This document shows positions 1-13,500 of a stretch of 64,000 nucleotides of DNA, piece by piece. This DNA comes from Balanoglossus misakiensis (taxonomy: Eukaryota; Animalia; Hemichordata). A model generated the notes under the pieces. It saw only the letters and a program-made list of their open reading frames with translations, was not told the DNA's origin and did not search any database. Location: contig CM082576.2 in the NCBI GenBank assembly GCA_040954595.2, positions 12,589,129 to 12,653,128 of the forward strand, read 5' to 3'. Within the stretch, counting starts at the first letter, position 1, and every line of letters begins with the position of its first letter. The position numbers and the translations under genes are program-made.

Positions 1-106
1 ATTGACCAATATGCACTTTCTCCTGAATATAACCAGACCTTTCAAATGATCTGGTCTTCGTAGCTAAAACGCCGGAAGAGAGCCCAAATCAATCCAAGTG
101 ACATAC

Positions 107-2917
107 CAGTGGTAGAATACAAGCTTGTTTCTCTGTCCACCTTCTGGCAGCGTATACTTGAAGTCATAGACTGCATAGCGGCATTCCGTTGGAAGAAGCT
201 CTGCACAGAAGTCCTGATAGGTTTTCGTCATGTCCTCTTCTGCCTTCAGTACTTTTATCACCTTGTAATTCTCAATGTGGAATATTATATAGTTGTACCT
301 GCTTTTCAGTTTCATTAGATCAAATAATCCGACGACATTTTCATCAACACCAACACCTGAAGCCTGAGAGGATGCAATTTAGAAAGTAAACAAACACAAA
401 TTATTGCGTGTGTGACTTTTTGTGACAGTGCAGTGACTTGTGTCATTCTAGTATAAAAAATGTGCGATATTGCTACAAAATGTAACCTATGGAGGTCTTG
501 TACAAACTGCGACTGTCTAATATGCATGTGAACGAGGGTGTAGAAATTGTGCACCCTCATTGATTCATATGTATATTTGACAGTCACAGAATCCATGTGT
601 TTGCGTTTGTGTATACCTACACTATACAGGTATATTGTATAGAACTTCTACTTTTGGCCAGGTCCAATTCATTTGCATTTGTATAATTCTGTAATTGTTT
701 TTTCTTGGTTATTGTGTGCTTTGATTTCATGGCGGCCATGTGTGGATTTCTGGTTTTGAATGCAAAGTGTCACCTACACCACACCCACTATATTGTGCAA
801 GGCGAGGCCCTCATCTATAAATGCTGTAATTTGACAAGAACCGCACATAATCAGGCCAATGTTGTCACATAACTTTCTCTGTTGATGAATTTGGGTACAT
901 GTGCTCCAATGTGCTGAATGCCCCAAGCACCTTTGGTAGGGTTCCAATTCATGGAATATTTCATCCACAATCTTTAATATCAAGCTCAGTTTTCATCCAC
1001 TTTGATTACAAGACAGTCTCTCCCCACCTCCCCATATGGTGTCATAAATGAACATTTAGTGAAGGAAGGCATTTGATTATACATAATAGGGTTATACACA
1101 AAATATGACCATTTGTGGTCTCTTAGGCTCCATACTCCAGGTATGTGTCGGACTTTAACCTATTGGTTCATCCAATCCATCATTGCACAGAGTGTATAAA
1201 TCGAATATTCTAAAATACTTCTGTAACTGTTCCACAAGCTATAAATCCTTCATAATCGTTGTTCCATTGTAATCGTCCGTTCTTCCTGTTTATTGTGGAA
1301 GAACATATTCCATTTAACTTGGTTGACCTGGGAGTGGTTTGCAGGCTGTATGTGCGGGTCAATAGATTCTACATGCATCAGGGGTATCAGGTTAAAGCCC
1401 AGTTTCACGAGTACAAACTTGTCTAAAAATGCAAGCAGTGTGGTCAGTGGGCAAGGAATGTTTACATATTCAAAAAGATTTATAGTAAATGTCAAGCTGG
1501 GATCAATTTACCGTGCTGAAGTTTACCACTGGTCTGGACCCTTAAAAACAGGGTCTCAGGTCCAGACGCCCACCCCAAATTGGGTCTGTATATATTTTCC
1601 CTCTGCTCCAGTACGGCAATGCTCAGCAACATGACATGTTTACTACTTGCTTGAGCGAGGTCGTACATCGCTTGATGTAAACAATGTCTCTGTCAAGTTT
1701 TGGGAGTCACAGTTGTAGGGTAAATTTCACTATACTCTGCAGGGGGTGGGTGGGTATTTGAGTCAAGCCTCCAGGACACAAAACTTCGACTATTTTGGGG
1801 CAACTGTTCATTCATCAAGAGTTTGTCATTACATTTTTGCTATCACCACTCAACCCCAGGCCTCTGAATTGCTCAGTACCAACTTGTGATTTCGGACCAT
1901 GTCAATTGTACTGCCAATGGGCCGGGACTTGGATTGAACCATTGTCTGGTGGCGAGCGTTAGGACTCTATTAAAAAACCGAAACTTTGAAACTATAAATC
2001 ACTTGAGTCATTTTAGGTACAGTCCTATCCTAACCGTCACGCTAACCTTCGCCAACTGACCACTGAATGCAAGTTGCAGTACCGTGGTTGTACATGGTCG
2101 GCCGTGATTTCTATTTTGACAATGCGCTCGCTCTAACACACATGCCAGTTCACACAAGGTGACTGGAACCTTTTGTGGTCTATTGTTCAGATAATTTTAT
2201 GCGATGCTTTGTTCACACACACATACACACACCACACGTGCATGTCCTAGGGTAACCTGGCTGAGTGAATGGTATCTCGGCGGGTATCGTTTTTAAGGCA
2301 ATGATCCGCATAACGAGGGTTCAGACTATAATTATTATTGTGAGAAGTCGATCACTGAAATCGTAAAGATCAGTCTACGAAAACAGATCGCCCTCCCAAT
2401 TCCAAGTTCCATGAACGTGATAGCTAACCGTTAACCGCAATGATCAATTAAATTGTTTGGGGTCGCACGTGAACGACCTGACTCGCGATTTCACCGGCTT
2501 TGTAAGCTGTAGGCTTGGTCATGTCGACCGTGGCTGCACAACCCGTTTCATAGGCGGAAGTAAAAAAAAACTTGGAATCAGGAAGCCATGCTTTCCTGCA
2601 GACTTCATCATGTGCCGGTCACGACCATGTTCCCGATTTCAATACGATGGCTTTCAGGTGGACATCGTGTCAATAAATTTGGCGAGAATCGACGTGAAAA
2701 CGTACGAACTGCATAAAATTACTATATTTATAATGGCTTCATTAATTAACGCCCAGCGCGCGGTGCGGCGCGGCGCCACCCCTTGAAAGTTGACTGTCAT
2801 TGATATTGGCTTAGAAAGTAATATTATCAACTGTCACGACAGATCATAATTATAATTTCGCACTGATCAGACATTTCGAACTATAAATGAAGGAACGAGA
2901 CAAAATAAACTTACCAT
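107..2917 (-). CDS. ADF/cofilin (actin-depolymerizing factor), 5' part; gene continues beyond window start
   Basis: ATG-only first coding exon at 2915-2917 followed by GTAAG donor. Exon 2 is 363-107 (ctctcag acceptor, gtatgt donor). Spliced peptide M|ASGVGVDENVVGLFDLMKLKSRYNYIIFHIENYKVIKVLKAEEDMTKTYQDFCAELLPTECRYAVYDFKYTLPEGGQRNKLVFYHW carries the ADF-H hallmarks MASGV, CRYAVYDF and KLVF.W. An intron directly after the ATG is typical of the family. Confidence 0.93.
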
Positions 2918-3071
2918 TGTAACTGGGATTTAAGGTCACCTAATAATAACCGTGAAAAGATAATTGCACCTGTACTGATTGAATGACACCGTTATTCTCT
3001 CTGCACGTTACCAATATATGCGGCTGCTGGAGATCCAAGACTTATCACACATTAATATAGTATTCCGCGTA

Positions 3072-3466
3072 TGACGTCACTGTCTAGGTAAAAGATAGAA
3101 AAGAGTTGATTGGTTATAATACAAACTTTCTTCAGTCTCCTCCAATGGAATATGTCCTTCTGTAACTGGCCTTATTAGGTCATAATAATCAAAAAGTGCG
3201 AAATAAACAAGCGATGCTTTCAAGAAGAATGAAAGGGCATTTGTTTTATATGAAACAATTAATGAGTAATACGGGTTTTGGGAAATGAACGCAGGCTTAA
3301 AAATATACTGTTTACCTCAGATGTCGCGATCAAGCAGTGGTGTGATTCGCCTTTGTGGCATGCTGGCCTGAATCACACACGTGATCGAAGACTGAGCTGA
3401 TTTGCGGCTGGGCTATTCCATATTTGGCACATGCGGAAGCTGGGAATCACCCCTTACCATATATGG
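3072..3466. promoter_or_regulatory. Cofilin promoter: three CArG boxes (SRF), CRE, CCAAT box, ETS core
   Basis: CC(A/T)6GG at 3170-3179, 3418-3427 and 3457-3466; TGACGTCA at 3072-3079; ATTGG near 3109; CGGAAG near 3434 between two CArGs. All lie within ~550 bp upstream of the cofilin ATG. Confidence 0.65.
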
Positions 3467-4583
3467 CGTTCTTCCCACCTGCATGAGCCCTATGGCAAAG
3501 ACTGTGTAATCGCTTAAAATATAACCTTACATAATTTAGATTACACTAAACAAAAATTAATTGCCTGTGCAAATTGATTGGGTGACATTTAATTCTCACC
3601 CAGGTGTATACCAGCATTCTGAGGTGATTTTTTCCTTAATCATATTAAACAGGGAAATTGTCACTAAAAAGAGATTCAGACTTCACAGGAACCACAGACT
3701 GCATTTTAAATGGACAGGATTATAGGTCACTGTTTAAATTACAGAATCAATACAAAACTACTTCATGGCATTTTGGAATTCCAAAGGTTATGTGAGGTGT
3801 ATATGCATAATAATGTGTTGTGATATATATTCATCAGAACATGATGACAGAGATATGGGACTATTAAAACATTACTGAAATAGCAAACTTGGGCTGACAT
3901 GTAGAGCTCCTTGTCACATGGTATATGTATACATGTTGTACCTGTGAAGTTATGACAGTCTCTCCCTTTGATTGAATGATAGTACTTTTGAAAATTTGAC
4001 ATTTTGATTCAAAATGATAATTATGGACATTTATGACCTAAGTATATGTAAAAAAAAATGTATGCCCCTGTTGTTTCTGAAGGATCATGGTTTCCTGTAA
4101 ACATTACATTATGCAACAGTATATGGTCTAGTCCAAATTTGTCCTTTCCTTTATATAGATGTTGTTTGTTAACCTTGGACTGGTTTGCTTAGTAACGGTA
4201 GAGCCTACAATTCTATAGGTGTGTGCAAAATTTCAATAAGTGCAAATGAAAACTGATGGCTAATTATTGTCAAAAATATTAGTTTAATAATAACCTATGA
4301 ACGTGTTGTTTGTACAGCTACAACGAAATAAATTCAATATTCTCAAATTCTCTGTGTTTGATATTTTATACACAATAAAAAAATACCAATTGACAGATTC
4401 CAGACCAATGAAATTGCTTCTAGACATGTTCTTGCATGTGCTATGTCTACATATTCCTATGAAATATTGCACAGATAGATATGAATGGAACCAATGATGT
4501 CATTGTTTTGGGCAGTTTTTATTTTTTGATGATTGCCTGGCTCAACAAACAAACTGAGACTTTCAGAGAATATGGTTTCTTCC

Positions 4584-7500
4584 TCATGCTAGCAGATAGA
4601 TATTGCCGTTTTCTGATCCAAGCAGCAGCAGCTTGTTCATGGGTAGAATTTCAAACGATGACAGAATACCCTTGAATACTTCCGGGTTCAGCTTATTGCA
4701 GTAAGACATCTGAAATCACGAAAAAAATATTTGCTGTGACTCAGTGTTTAAAGAAATGTTGTAGTTAATATATGCTAATTTTTTTACAAAATACACTGCA
4801 GTCAACTGTAAACAGTTATTGTGAACTTGTCAATACAGAAATGCTGTCAGAATGCAAGTACATATCCTTATAAGGCAATCAGAATTAAGATTCCTCATTT
4901 GCATAATTAATGGTGTACTGTTGAAATTGGAATGTAATCAAAGACGATTGAAGTGGTAATTGCTTATTAAACAAGGATTTGACAAGTCTCACCTGGCCAT
5001 CAACAACGGAGTGGATAGCTAATTTATTGGAGGTTGTAGCAGAGAGAACCAGATCCTGATAAATACTCATACAATGTACAGGCTCATTCACTCCTGTTTG
5101 ACAAAAGAAATCAGTTACAATAGATTAGGATTATGGAGACAAAAGAGTGAATTTAAGAATAGTCAATATTACCATCTGGTCAATGTGTCACTGGTATGGG
5201 TCCTTGACCTTGGTCCATTCACCATTACATGACAGGATGACTCAGAGATGTACATGCATTCGAATGCATTATAAGTAGACTGCATAATACATGTGTATAT
5301 GCTATCCACTACACACACACACACATGATTCATTCAATGTTACCAGAGAATTCAAATGTTCACCTGTCTTTTAAACACATCTTTCTATGTGAAATAATTT
5401 CATTCCTGTACATTTTAATTTTCCTCTTCAAATCTACACTTAAGAACTGATGCACCGTGATACAGGTGTATGTCATTCACTGACCCCCCCCCCCCCCCCT
5501 GACCTGTTCTCTCACCTCGCAGTGCTGCCCTCTCCACACCATCCTCTCCCCATATGCTCAGGTGATTAATGGAGGACGTCACAAACTGGTTATTGTCGTA
5601 ACATTTGACCTACATGTTGCAAAACACAAACAGAACACCTTGATTGTCATCCTTACTTGGAATAAATTTGATGTGACCACAACAGGTGATGTCATTGGGC
5701 AGTGATGATAAATTTGTTGACTCGACAAGTATTTTTTTTGAATGACTGAGTGAATGGACTGAAGAGCCACTGCTCAAAAACATTATAATTCAGTCCATAT
5801 ATAGCAACAGTTTTAAACCACGAAAAGGCTAGCACACATATCGCCTGATGAATATTATAATTAGGTATCTGCCCATACATGGTTATGTAAATATTTACAA
5901 CTCAAACTCCCTGTGACCCATTAACCCACAAAGGTTGTTGTGATTCTCTGAGTTCAATGGTGTCTGGAATCCTATTGTCTGTCTTTTGTCCATACAAGTA
6001 CAACCTGATTGATACTGACAAAGCGTTCAATGGAGCTTGACCAGTCACCCTTTGCATACCAAATAAGGCGGTGCAAACACACAGGCCAGTAATGGACTAT
6101 AAAAACAGTATAATGACCAGAACATTTGTCACTAGGCCACATAAACAAGTTGACTGTACTTTTGGTCAAGCAGCTGTATACATTTTTATAATGTGTCTAC
6201 TTTTGAATGACTGGGAATATTACAAAGTTTTCTCACCTGCAAGACCTCTCCTTCGTGGGCCTTCCAACCTCCCAGCAGCAAACCCGTCCTGATGTCAACC
6301 AGTGACATTATACCCGATGAGAAACCCACAGCCACTACATTTCCACTTTTGCTAACAGCCAAGCAACGAATCAGACCTTAGAAACGATTAATTAAAACAG
6401 GTGTCATGCTATAAAACCACAAAATGATATTATCCTATCCTCGCATCATAAAGGACGTACGTCTTACGATCAGTGAGTGACATAACGTTTTTCCTCTCAA
6501 ACAGGCAAAATATAACAATGACATGGAATATGTGACATGTATTTTTAAAATACATATTTTCACTATCTATATGATGTTGCTGTACTGTAAGTGCCTACAT
6601 GTAAATAGCATGCGATATGACTTATAATACAACCGCCAATTTGCTATGCGGAGGAAATATGGGTTTTCAGATTCTTGTCAAAAGTTGCTGTAAGAGATCC
6701 GGAGTTCGTGTAGTTACCTGATGAACCAGACGTCACTTTGAGATCCTGCTGCAACTTGCCGCTTCGCACATCCATAAGACGCAGACTGGCATCAACTGTC
6801 GCAGCCAAAAGCGACGTGGACGGTGCGGGCATGGGGGTCAGGACGCTGACAGGATTGCGGGACATATTGAACTGCAGCACACAGGAACCAGTAAATGGAT
6901 CCCACACCTGTGATTTCAATAAATATCATTGTAAATTATAATACAGTATAAGAGAAAAATCAAGCAGACATATACATCCAGCATTATGTTGTTGTATAAT
7001 ATATTTCACCTTTGAGATTCATAGCCTAAATCTTGCTGTCACTAATATTGTACTCCAAAAGGCTCACTCTACGTGTATAAACATCTTCGTACTCACATGA
7101 ACACTGCTATCGCACGATGCACAGTACCGCTGCGACTCAATGAAATTTACACTGAAAACGGATTTCTTGTGAAGGCCATACGTCCACTGGCAGGCCATTC
7201 TGGCATTACCTCCGCCGTGGTTGTGCAGTGACCACAGCTTGACTGTTTTGTCTTTGCTTGCGCTCATGAACGACGTCTCATTGTCAAGGACGCACAGTGA
7301 CTTCACAGTGTTGCCATGACCTGCCACAAAAAATGATACGTTTATTAGTTGAGAAACTAAGTACTGGTACTATTTTTTTTCAATGTCACTGTTTCTCCTC
7401 TGAGACTACAACTGATGTTCACTGACTTGCAACACTGCTGCTGTGTCTAGGATTTACAACTGAAACTCACTGCCTGATAGCAATTCTGAGGTTTGCTACT

Positions 7501-10500
7501 GAAACAGGGCAAGACCAAACTTTTGCCAGCTCGACTCATTTCTATTGATAATCATAAAACACACACAATACACATGCATATTTATTTTGCACTGCACTCT
7601 TGCTATCTAAGCTGAGCCAACACACTTTGTTAACCATTTGACACTTGATTCATGTGGAAGATATGTAATGCAACGTACCTGAATAAGTGCCTAACTTGAT
7701 CTGATGGATATCAAATGTAGTTGCTCTGTTACTTATCCCTGTACAGAAGACAATGGATAAATTGGAATGCTATTCAGGAATTGTAGTTTCCTGTCAATTG
7801 TCAGAGCCCTAAACCCCAAAAGTACACATTTTCTTAAAACCCAGAAATAGGGGAACCCAACCGTGTACAGTATGCATTGCATTATTATTTATAAAGAAGT
7901 CATCTTTAGCAATTTTAATGTCACTGTCATGGCTGAAAACAAATTCATATGTAATCAATGGACACCCCTCTCTTAGCAGACAATGAGTAGCCAGTAATTT
8001 AAATACTTACCTAGACAATGCTCCCAGTATATTAGCCAGTTCCCATCTAGAGTTCGATCACTCTTACCAAGCTCATTACTGAAATTATATTGTAGATGAC
8101 ATTTAACAAACCCTATCACAAGTACCAGTCTCATGTTCTACACATCAATAATTTTTTCCTTTCCTAAAACTTTATAGTCTGTCAATAATACTCCATTTCA
8201 CTTTTCAGAATGTAACATAAATAGGATTTGTATATCACAATTCATACTCCATTACATGCTTATGGTCAGTCTTCTCAATACATAAAGTATAAAATTCTTT
8301 ATTTCCAAAAGAGGAAGAAATTAAAAAAAATAGGAAGAAGTTATAAAAATTCTACAAATAGTATACTCCACATTGATTTATTGGATGTCAGTTTTGACAA
8401 ACACACAAAAATGGCAAAGTTTTCAATATCCCGTTTCTTTACTGTATGTAGATTTAAATGTAGCTGTCATTTAAAATGCTGCTTACTAAAGTTTGTAACT
8501 CTGCATGCATGTGCCATGGGAATTACTAGTATTTTACAAACTAAAAAGATCTGTTTTTATCTCTGGTCAGAGGAGGCTTTTGATCAGTTCAGTCTGATTT
8601 CACCACAAATGTGTTTCCATGGAAACCAAGATGTCAATACCCATACCTCCTCGTCTTCAAGTTATCTTCTGCCAGATTTGGTAGGATCTGTTGCTGTCTG
8701 TGTTGCAGCTGTCTCTGCTGTTCCTCTTCCAACGCAATCTCGATTCTGTTGCCAACCATGGCGACGTTGCTGCCAAACTGACCACTGACAATGTCCTCTG
8801 TCGGGGAAACTGTTGAGATCGTCAAGAAATTGGGTTATTTCACCCTTTCAACACCATGGTTTGACCCAAATCCATTGTTTTCTATGTTGAAATTGGACCT
8901 CTATAGAGGGAACTGGGTGGTGAAAAGATTAATTGATGTCTGGAGAAAGTAAATGTTAAATTTAATTTTCAGATCAATTTATGTCTGTATACATCCCAGG
9001 AAAAAACACTAGTTTATAAGTTTTTTAATGCAGTTGGCTTTATATAGTCAGATATTATGATTTAAACTGAAAAGGCAGAAGAATTTGTGATAATACCACA
9101 GCACCGTGACCAAAAGAGGAAGAATTTTATGAATGAAAGTGATAACGGTATTATAATTTAATTTTGAACATTCTGTGTTTTCTGATACAGGCAGCAGTCA
9201 GATAGCAAGAAAGTGACTTAGCTGACAGACAGTTTTGAAATTACAATTTCAAACGTGAATGAGGTGGTATCAATATATGTCTGTTACTCTCACAGTCACT
9301 GTTACTCTCACAGTCAATGTCATGATTTTGTCTGCTTCATTATACATTTAACTCCAATGGGAGGAACTCGATAACACCCTACTACCACTCAACTGTATCA
9401 AACATGTATCACTGCAATTATCATTGATACCAGTAATTCATTCCATGCAACCTGTATAAGCAGCTGATCACAGCCCTCTCTCCATTACACCCTTGACAAC
9501 AGGAGGATGACTTCAGTGAAATATTGCTATGTACAAAGTTTTTTATACAAACTGTTACAACACTATGAGTTCAGCCAGATAGGTTTTTTTCACACACACA
9601 CGCACACCCCTACAACAATTGATGGGTGGGTTAAACATGCAGGGTGCGGACATCAAACAAAACAGTAATAATCATTGCAGTGATGTAACATAGAAAGTGT
9701 CAATAGGTATAGGTAAACTGCTAAGAGTGTTGTTTCATGTATATATATATATATATATATACCCCTGCAACCAGCTGATTGTTTATTGCAGGAGTAAAAC
9801 GTGCAAAGGGTTGGGTGCAGCATACAGCAGATCCTGGAGTGGGAGGGTCATACAACTGCAGCAAATACAGGAGGCAAACAAAACTTCTAGGAGGGATTTT
9901 TTTGTCTAAAATCCAATTTGTCTGACCATGATATTGATGCCCAAACCATCATTCACTCTAGCTATCAACAGTTATGGCTTTTTGGTGTGACTGGGCAATT
10001 AAAAATGCCAGATTTGGTAACCACATCATTTTTTTTATAACTCTTGGAAAATCATATTTTACAAACACATTTCAAAGCACTGCCCTATTTGATTTCGCTA
10101 TACTTTGTAGCAAAGAGTAGTTGCTTGGCGCAGATAGTTGTGAAAGGACTACAGTAGGGGAAAAATGCAAGCAGATATGAAGCTCTTTTTGTGTAAGCAG
10201 AAAAATGGATAATTTTTATGTTTTCTGGATTTTGTAGGATATGGTACAAGTACATCAAAGAAAACACCATGAACTGTGTATGTCTCTTCCCTCCAGGTCA
10301 AACAAACAATCACAGAATTCTCAAAGATGCAATGAAACATGAAAGTCCAGGACCTGGCCAGAACTGACTGGATCAGACCAGATCAGACCAGACCAGGCCA
10401 CACCAGATCAGATCACAAACAAGCAAAACATTTGAACAGGACATCACAAGCTTCTGTGAAATTGGCTGAATTCCGACCACAGGAACATGTATCAGGTATT

Positions 10501-13500
10501 TTCAACTTCTCTGCAGAAATCAGTTCTTTTTTTCTCTCAAGCCAATTCAACGAGAGCTTTTTGCACATCAAAGGAGCATGAAAGGGAACACACAAGGAAA
10601 AGACGGTAGACGTTGATGGAAGCAGGGGGAGAGAGGATTATGTTTCTGGGAAGTTTGTGGTGTACCTGGTGGTGGTTCAACAAACCATGAAGTCTGTGTG
10701 GCCCCTTGTGAATCTGTAAGATCATTTAACAAGTACACAGATGTGACCGAGTTCATATGCACATCAATGTCCAAAAATGTGACACAAATTAACAATGAGG
10801 CAATTTTGGCTCAATATTTCAAATGTGACAAGTGCATATCCTTCAAATGTGACTGACTGTTGATGGTGGCTCATCCAATTCTTCCATTTGTTTGCCAGCA
10901 GTCTGTGATGATTTCATTTGAATATAGGGTCTGGCCTGACTCAGACTGGACTCCTTTCTCTTCAACTACTTTTGTCTGCTGTGCTGATTAGCCAACCAGT
11001 GAATGATTTGAGACTGAGAAACGAGACACAGGCCACCATCAACAGTCAGAGTTGTCTAGTTAGTGTGTTAGCATGGAGAGCAATTATCAATCAACTCAAA
11101 CACACACAATTTAGTTGGCAGTGGTTTCTGAAAGTACACACACAGCAAGCACAAATTAAATCTGTCATGGGTGAGTGTGGTAATCACAGAAATTCCATTC
11201 ACTTAATAACACACACGTATTATAATAATGTCTTGAAAGTTTTATTTGAATTGGCCAAATTATGTTCATAAGTGCACACTCTCACAACACGCGATAATCT
11301 AAAGAGGCATAACTGGGCACAGTAATTTAATCCTAATTGAAACGATTCAAAATATCTACTTGAAAGACCGTCATACAAAACCTACCATATCCTGTGTTGT
11401 TGTTGTCAGGGTTACCCCAGATACCAGTTTCGCTCTGCGTCTGATTCAGACAATTGTGGGCGGCAGCCAAGGCACTTTCATAGGAACTCGACAACTTCCA
11501 TATCAGTTCATGATTGTACAAGATCTTCTCCATGTGTATACTGCAAGAGATCAATAAACCCAGTAATCAAGCCATTTTTGACATCAAAAACCATGTTGTA
11601 TATTAATTTAACAGTTCTGATGGTGTTTCAATTCATCGCTATGCAATATTGCATCAAAATTTTTATTTGGTAATTTTACAATTTACGGTATGAAGAAAAC
11701 TTATAGGCAAGACTGCAGAAGTGATAATCTTAGAATGACGTACCTGCCAACTAGTCTACAGAATGGGATGTAAGTTGTGTACGCAAGTTTTTCTGTGAAG
11801 ACCAGTCTCAGCTCTTCAAAAGCTGCTTCTAATGGAGTCCCCTGCTCCAGTCCATCAAAGATATCTGCGTATGTGTTAACAGAAATGTCAGTAAAATTTG
11901 TCCATGGGGGCAAAAAGGAAGGTAACCAGTATTCCTTGTTACAATAGAGTCTGGTCTCCGATACAAAAATATCTGTGTGTGTGCGGTATCATACAACTGA
12001 AACATTCTGTGATTGCATCAACCCTTTTCGAACACGATCCTTTTCACTCAAGAAATACACTGAAAGACATAAAGTCAATTGCAATATCACCTACCCTTTC
12101 TGGCATTTATGTTGATATGATCTTCATCTCCCTTCATGTCTTTCAGTCTCATAGGCGCACCTATAGTGTAGGTATTGGTCAAACTGTCCATCTGAATCTC
12201 ACAGTACAGGCTGCTCTCGCTGTCCAGACTGCTGACAATGCCGGCATGCAAGTCGAGTTCACCGGAAACTAAAGTAGAACAAATCATCAGATGTTGATGA
12301 CAGGAAATACATCTGAGTAAACACTGAGAGTCCAAGATTTTTTTAACAGTGATAACATCCAGGTTTCACATGCAGATTTTGAAGTTGATGTACCGACATC
12401 AATGCATACTTTTCCAGCTGAAAACACTGTACTGTCACATATACGGCAAACTGTGTAAAGACCTGAATAACACAACCCAAGTGGTGTGAAGATGTGAAAT
12501 TGAGTAATTTGTACAGATTCTCACGTTTGATGAGAAAAATTCACAAAATTTCTCTTCCCTCCCCTGGCAGGAAAACCAATATGAAATATCCATAGCTTGA
12601 AAGTTCATCAAATTTGTACTGGATTTGGGCCACACATGTATCAGGAAAGACACTGTCTCTTGTGCAGATCATGAAGAAAATTCTTGTCGGCCAATCAGAT
12701 CAACTGACACAGAACAATTGCAAGACTCGACAACTGTGGCAGATATGATCACGTTGCATCCATCAAAATTACCTCTGGGAGTGTGTCCGGAAGGACTTTC
12801 TAAGGAAAACGTGTCCTTGTCCGGGTTGTGCACGATATCGAAACAGAAGAAGAACTGCTGCAGAAGAGACGTCATGTTATCCCTGGCCATCTCCCGTCCA
12901 ATTCTCACAGATATCAACATCATCACGTCCACCATTTTGTAGCACAGGACCGATCTGGCATGGCCGCCGCCGGGAAAGCTGATGTACTTCGACGACAGAA
13001 TACTGATGAGTGGTTGCAGAATGTTGTTGAACAGATCCTGGGAGAGATGAAATCAAAAGTTGTATGATTCGACGAGAGCTCATGTGCATGACATCATGAT
13101 GCTAAGAATGTGAAGATTTTAGTTTACAATTAACAAACACATTTCAATATCAAAAAAAACTTTGCCTCTGGAAAATGTATCCATGGGTAAAATGCTACAC
13201 TGCACATTACCTTTGAACTATGACACAGAAGAGTGACAAAGTTCACCGCCTTACCGGGATTTGTTTCATGAGCAGAGCATCTGACAGATAAGCTAGCATG
13301 TATTTCAACAACACCATAGATGCAATCATTCCAGCCTCTACTTTGGTGTTTACCCTGGATTTTCCGGACAATACCTGTCAAGTGGGAAACAAATGGAAAC
13401 GATGACTGAGATCGTGTATCTGGTAATTACTGAATTCTTCCGACCTCTAGGTATAAAGCTTGCTTGATGGATGTTTGTCAAATTACAAAAATTTTTCATG

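Noticed and set aside
3453-3460. Second ATG|GTAAGG that could be an alternative ATG-only cofilin exon
   Set aside because: It coincides with the CArG box CCATATATGG and has a weaker start context; the 2915-2917 exon is better placed downstream of the promoter motifs. Not fully excluded.
8228-8788. 186-aa plus-strand ORF
   Set aside because: Non-ATG start, AT-rich intron plus antisense of a WDR81 exon.
12287-12475. Possible extra WDR81 exon ([10 protein letters not shown]...)
   Set aside because: Weak donor, no recognisable homology, and the flanking exons join in phase without it.
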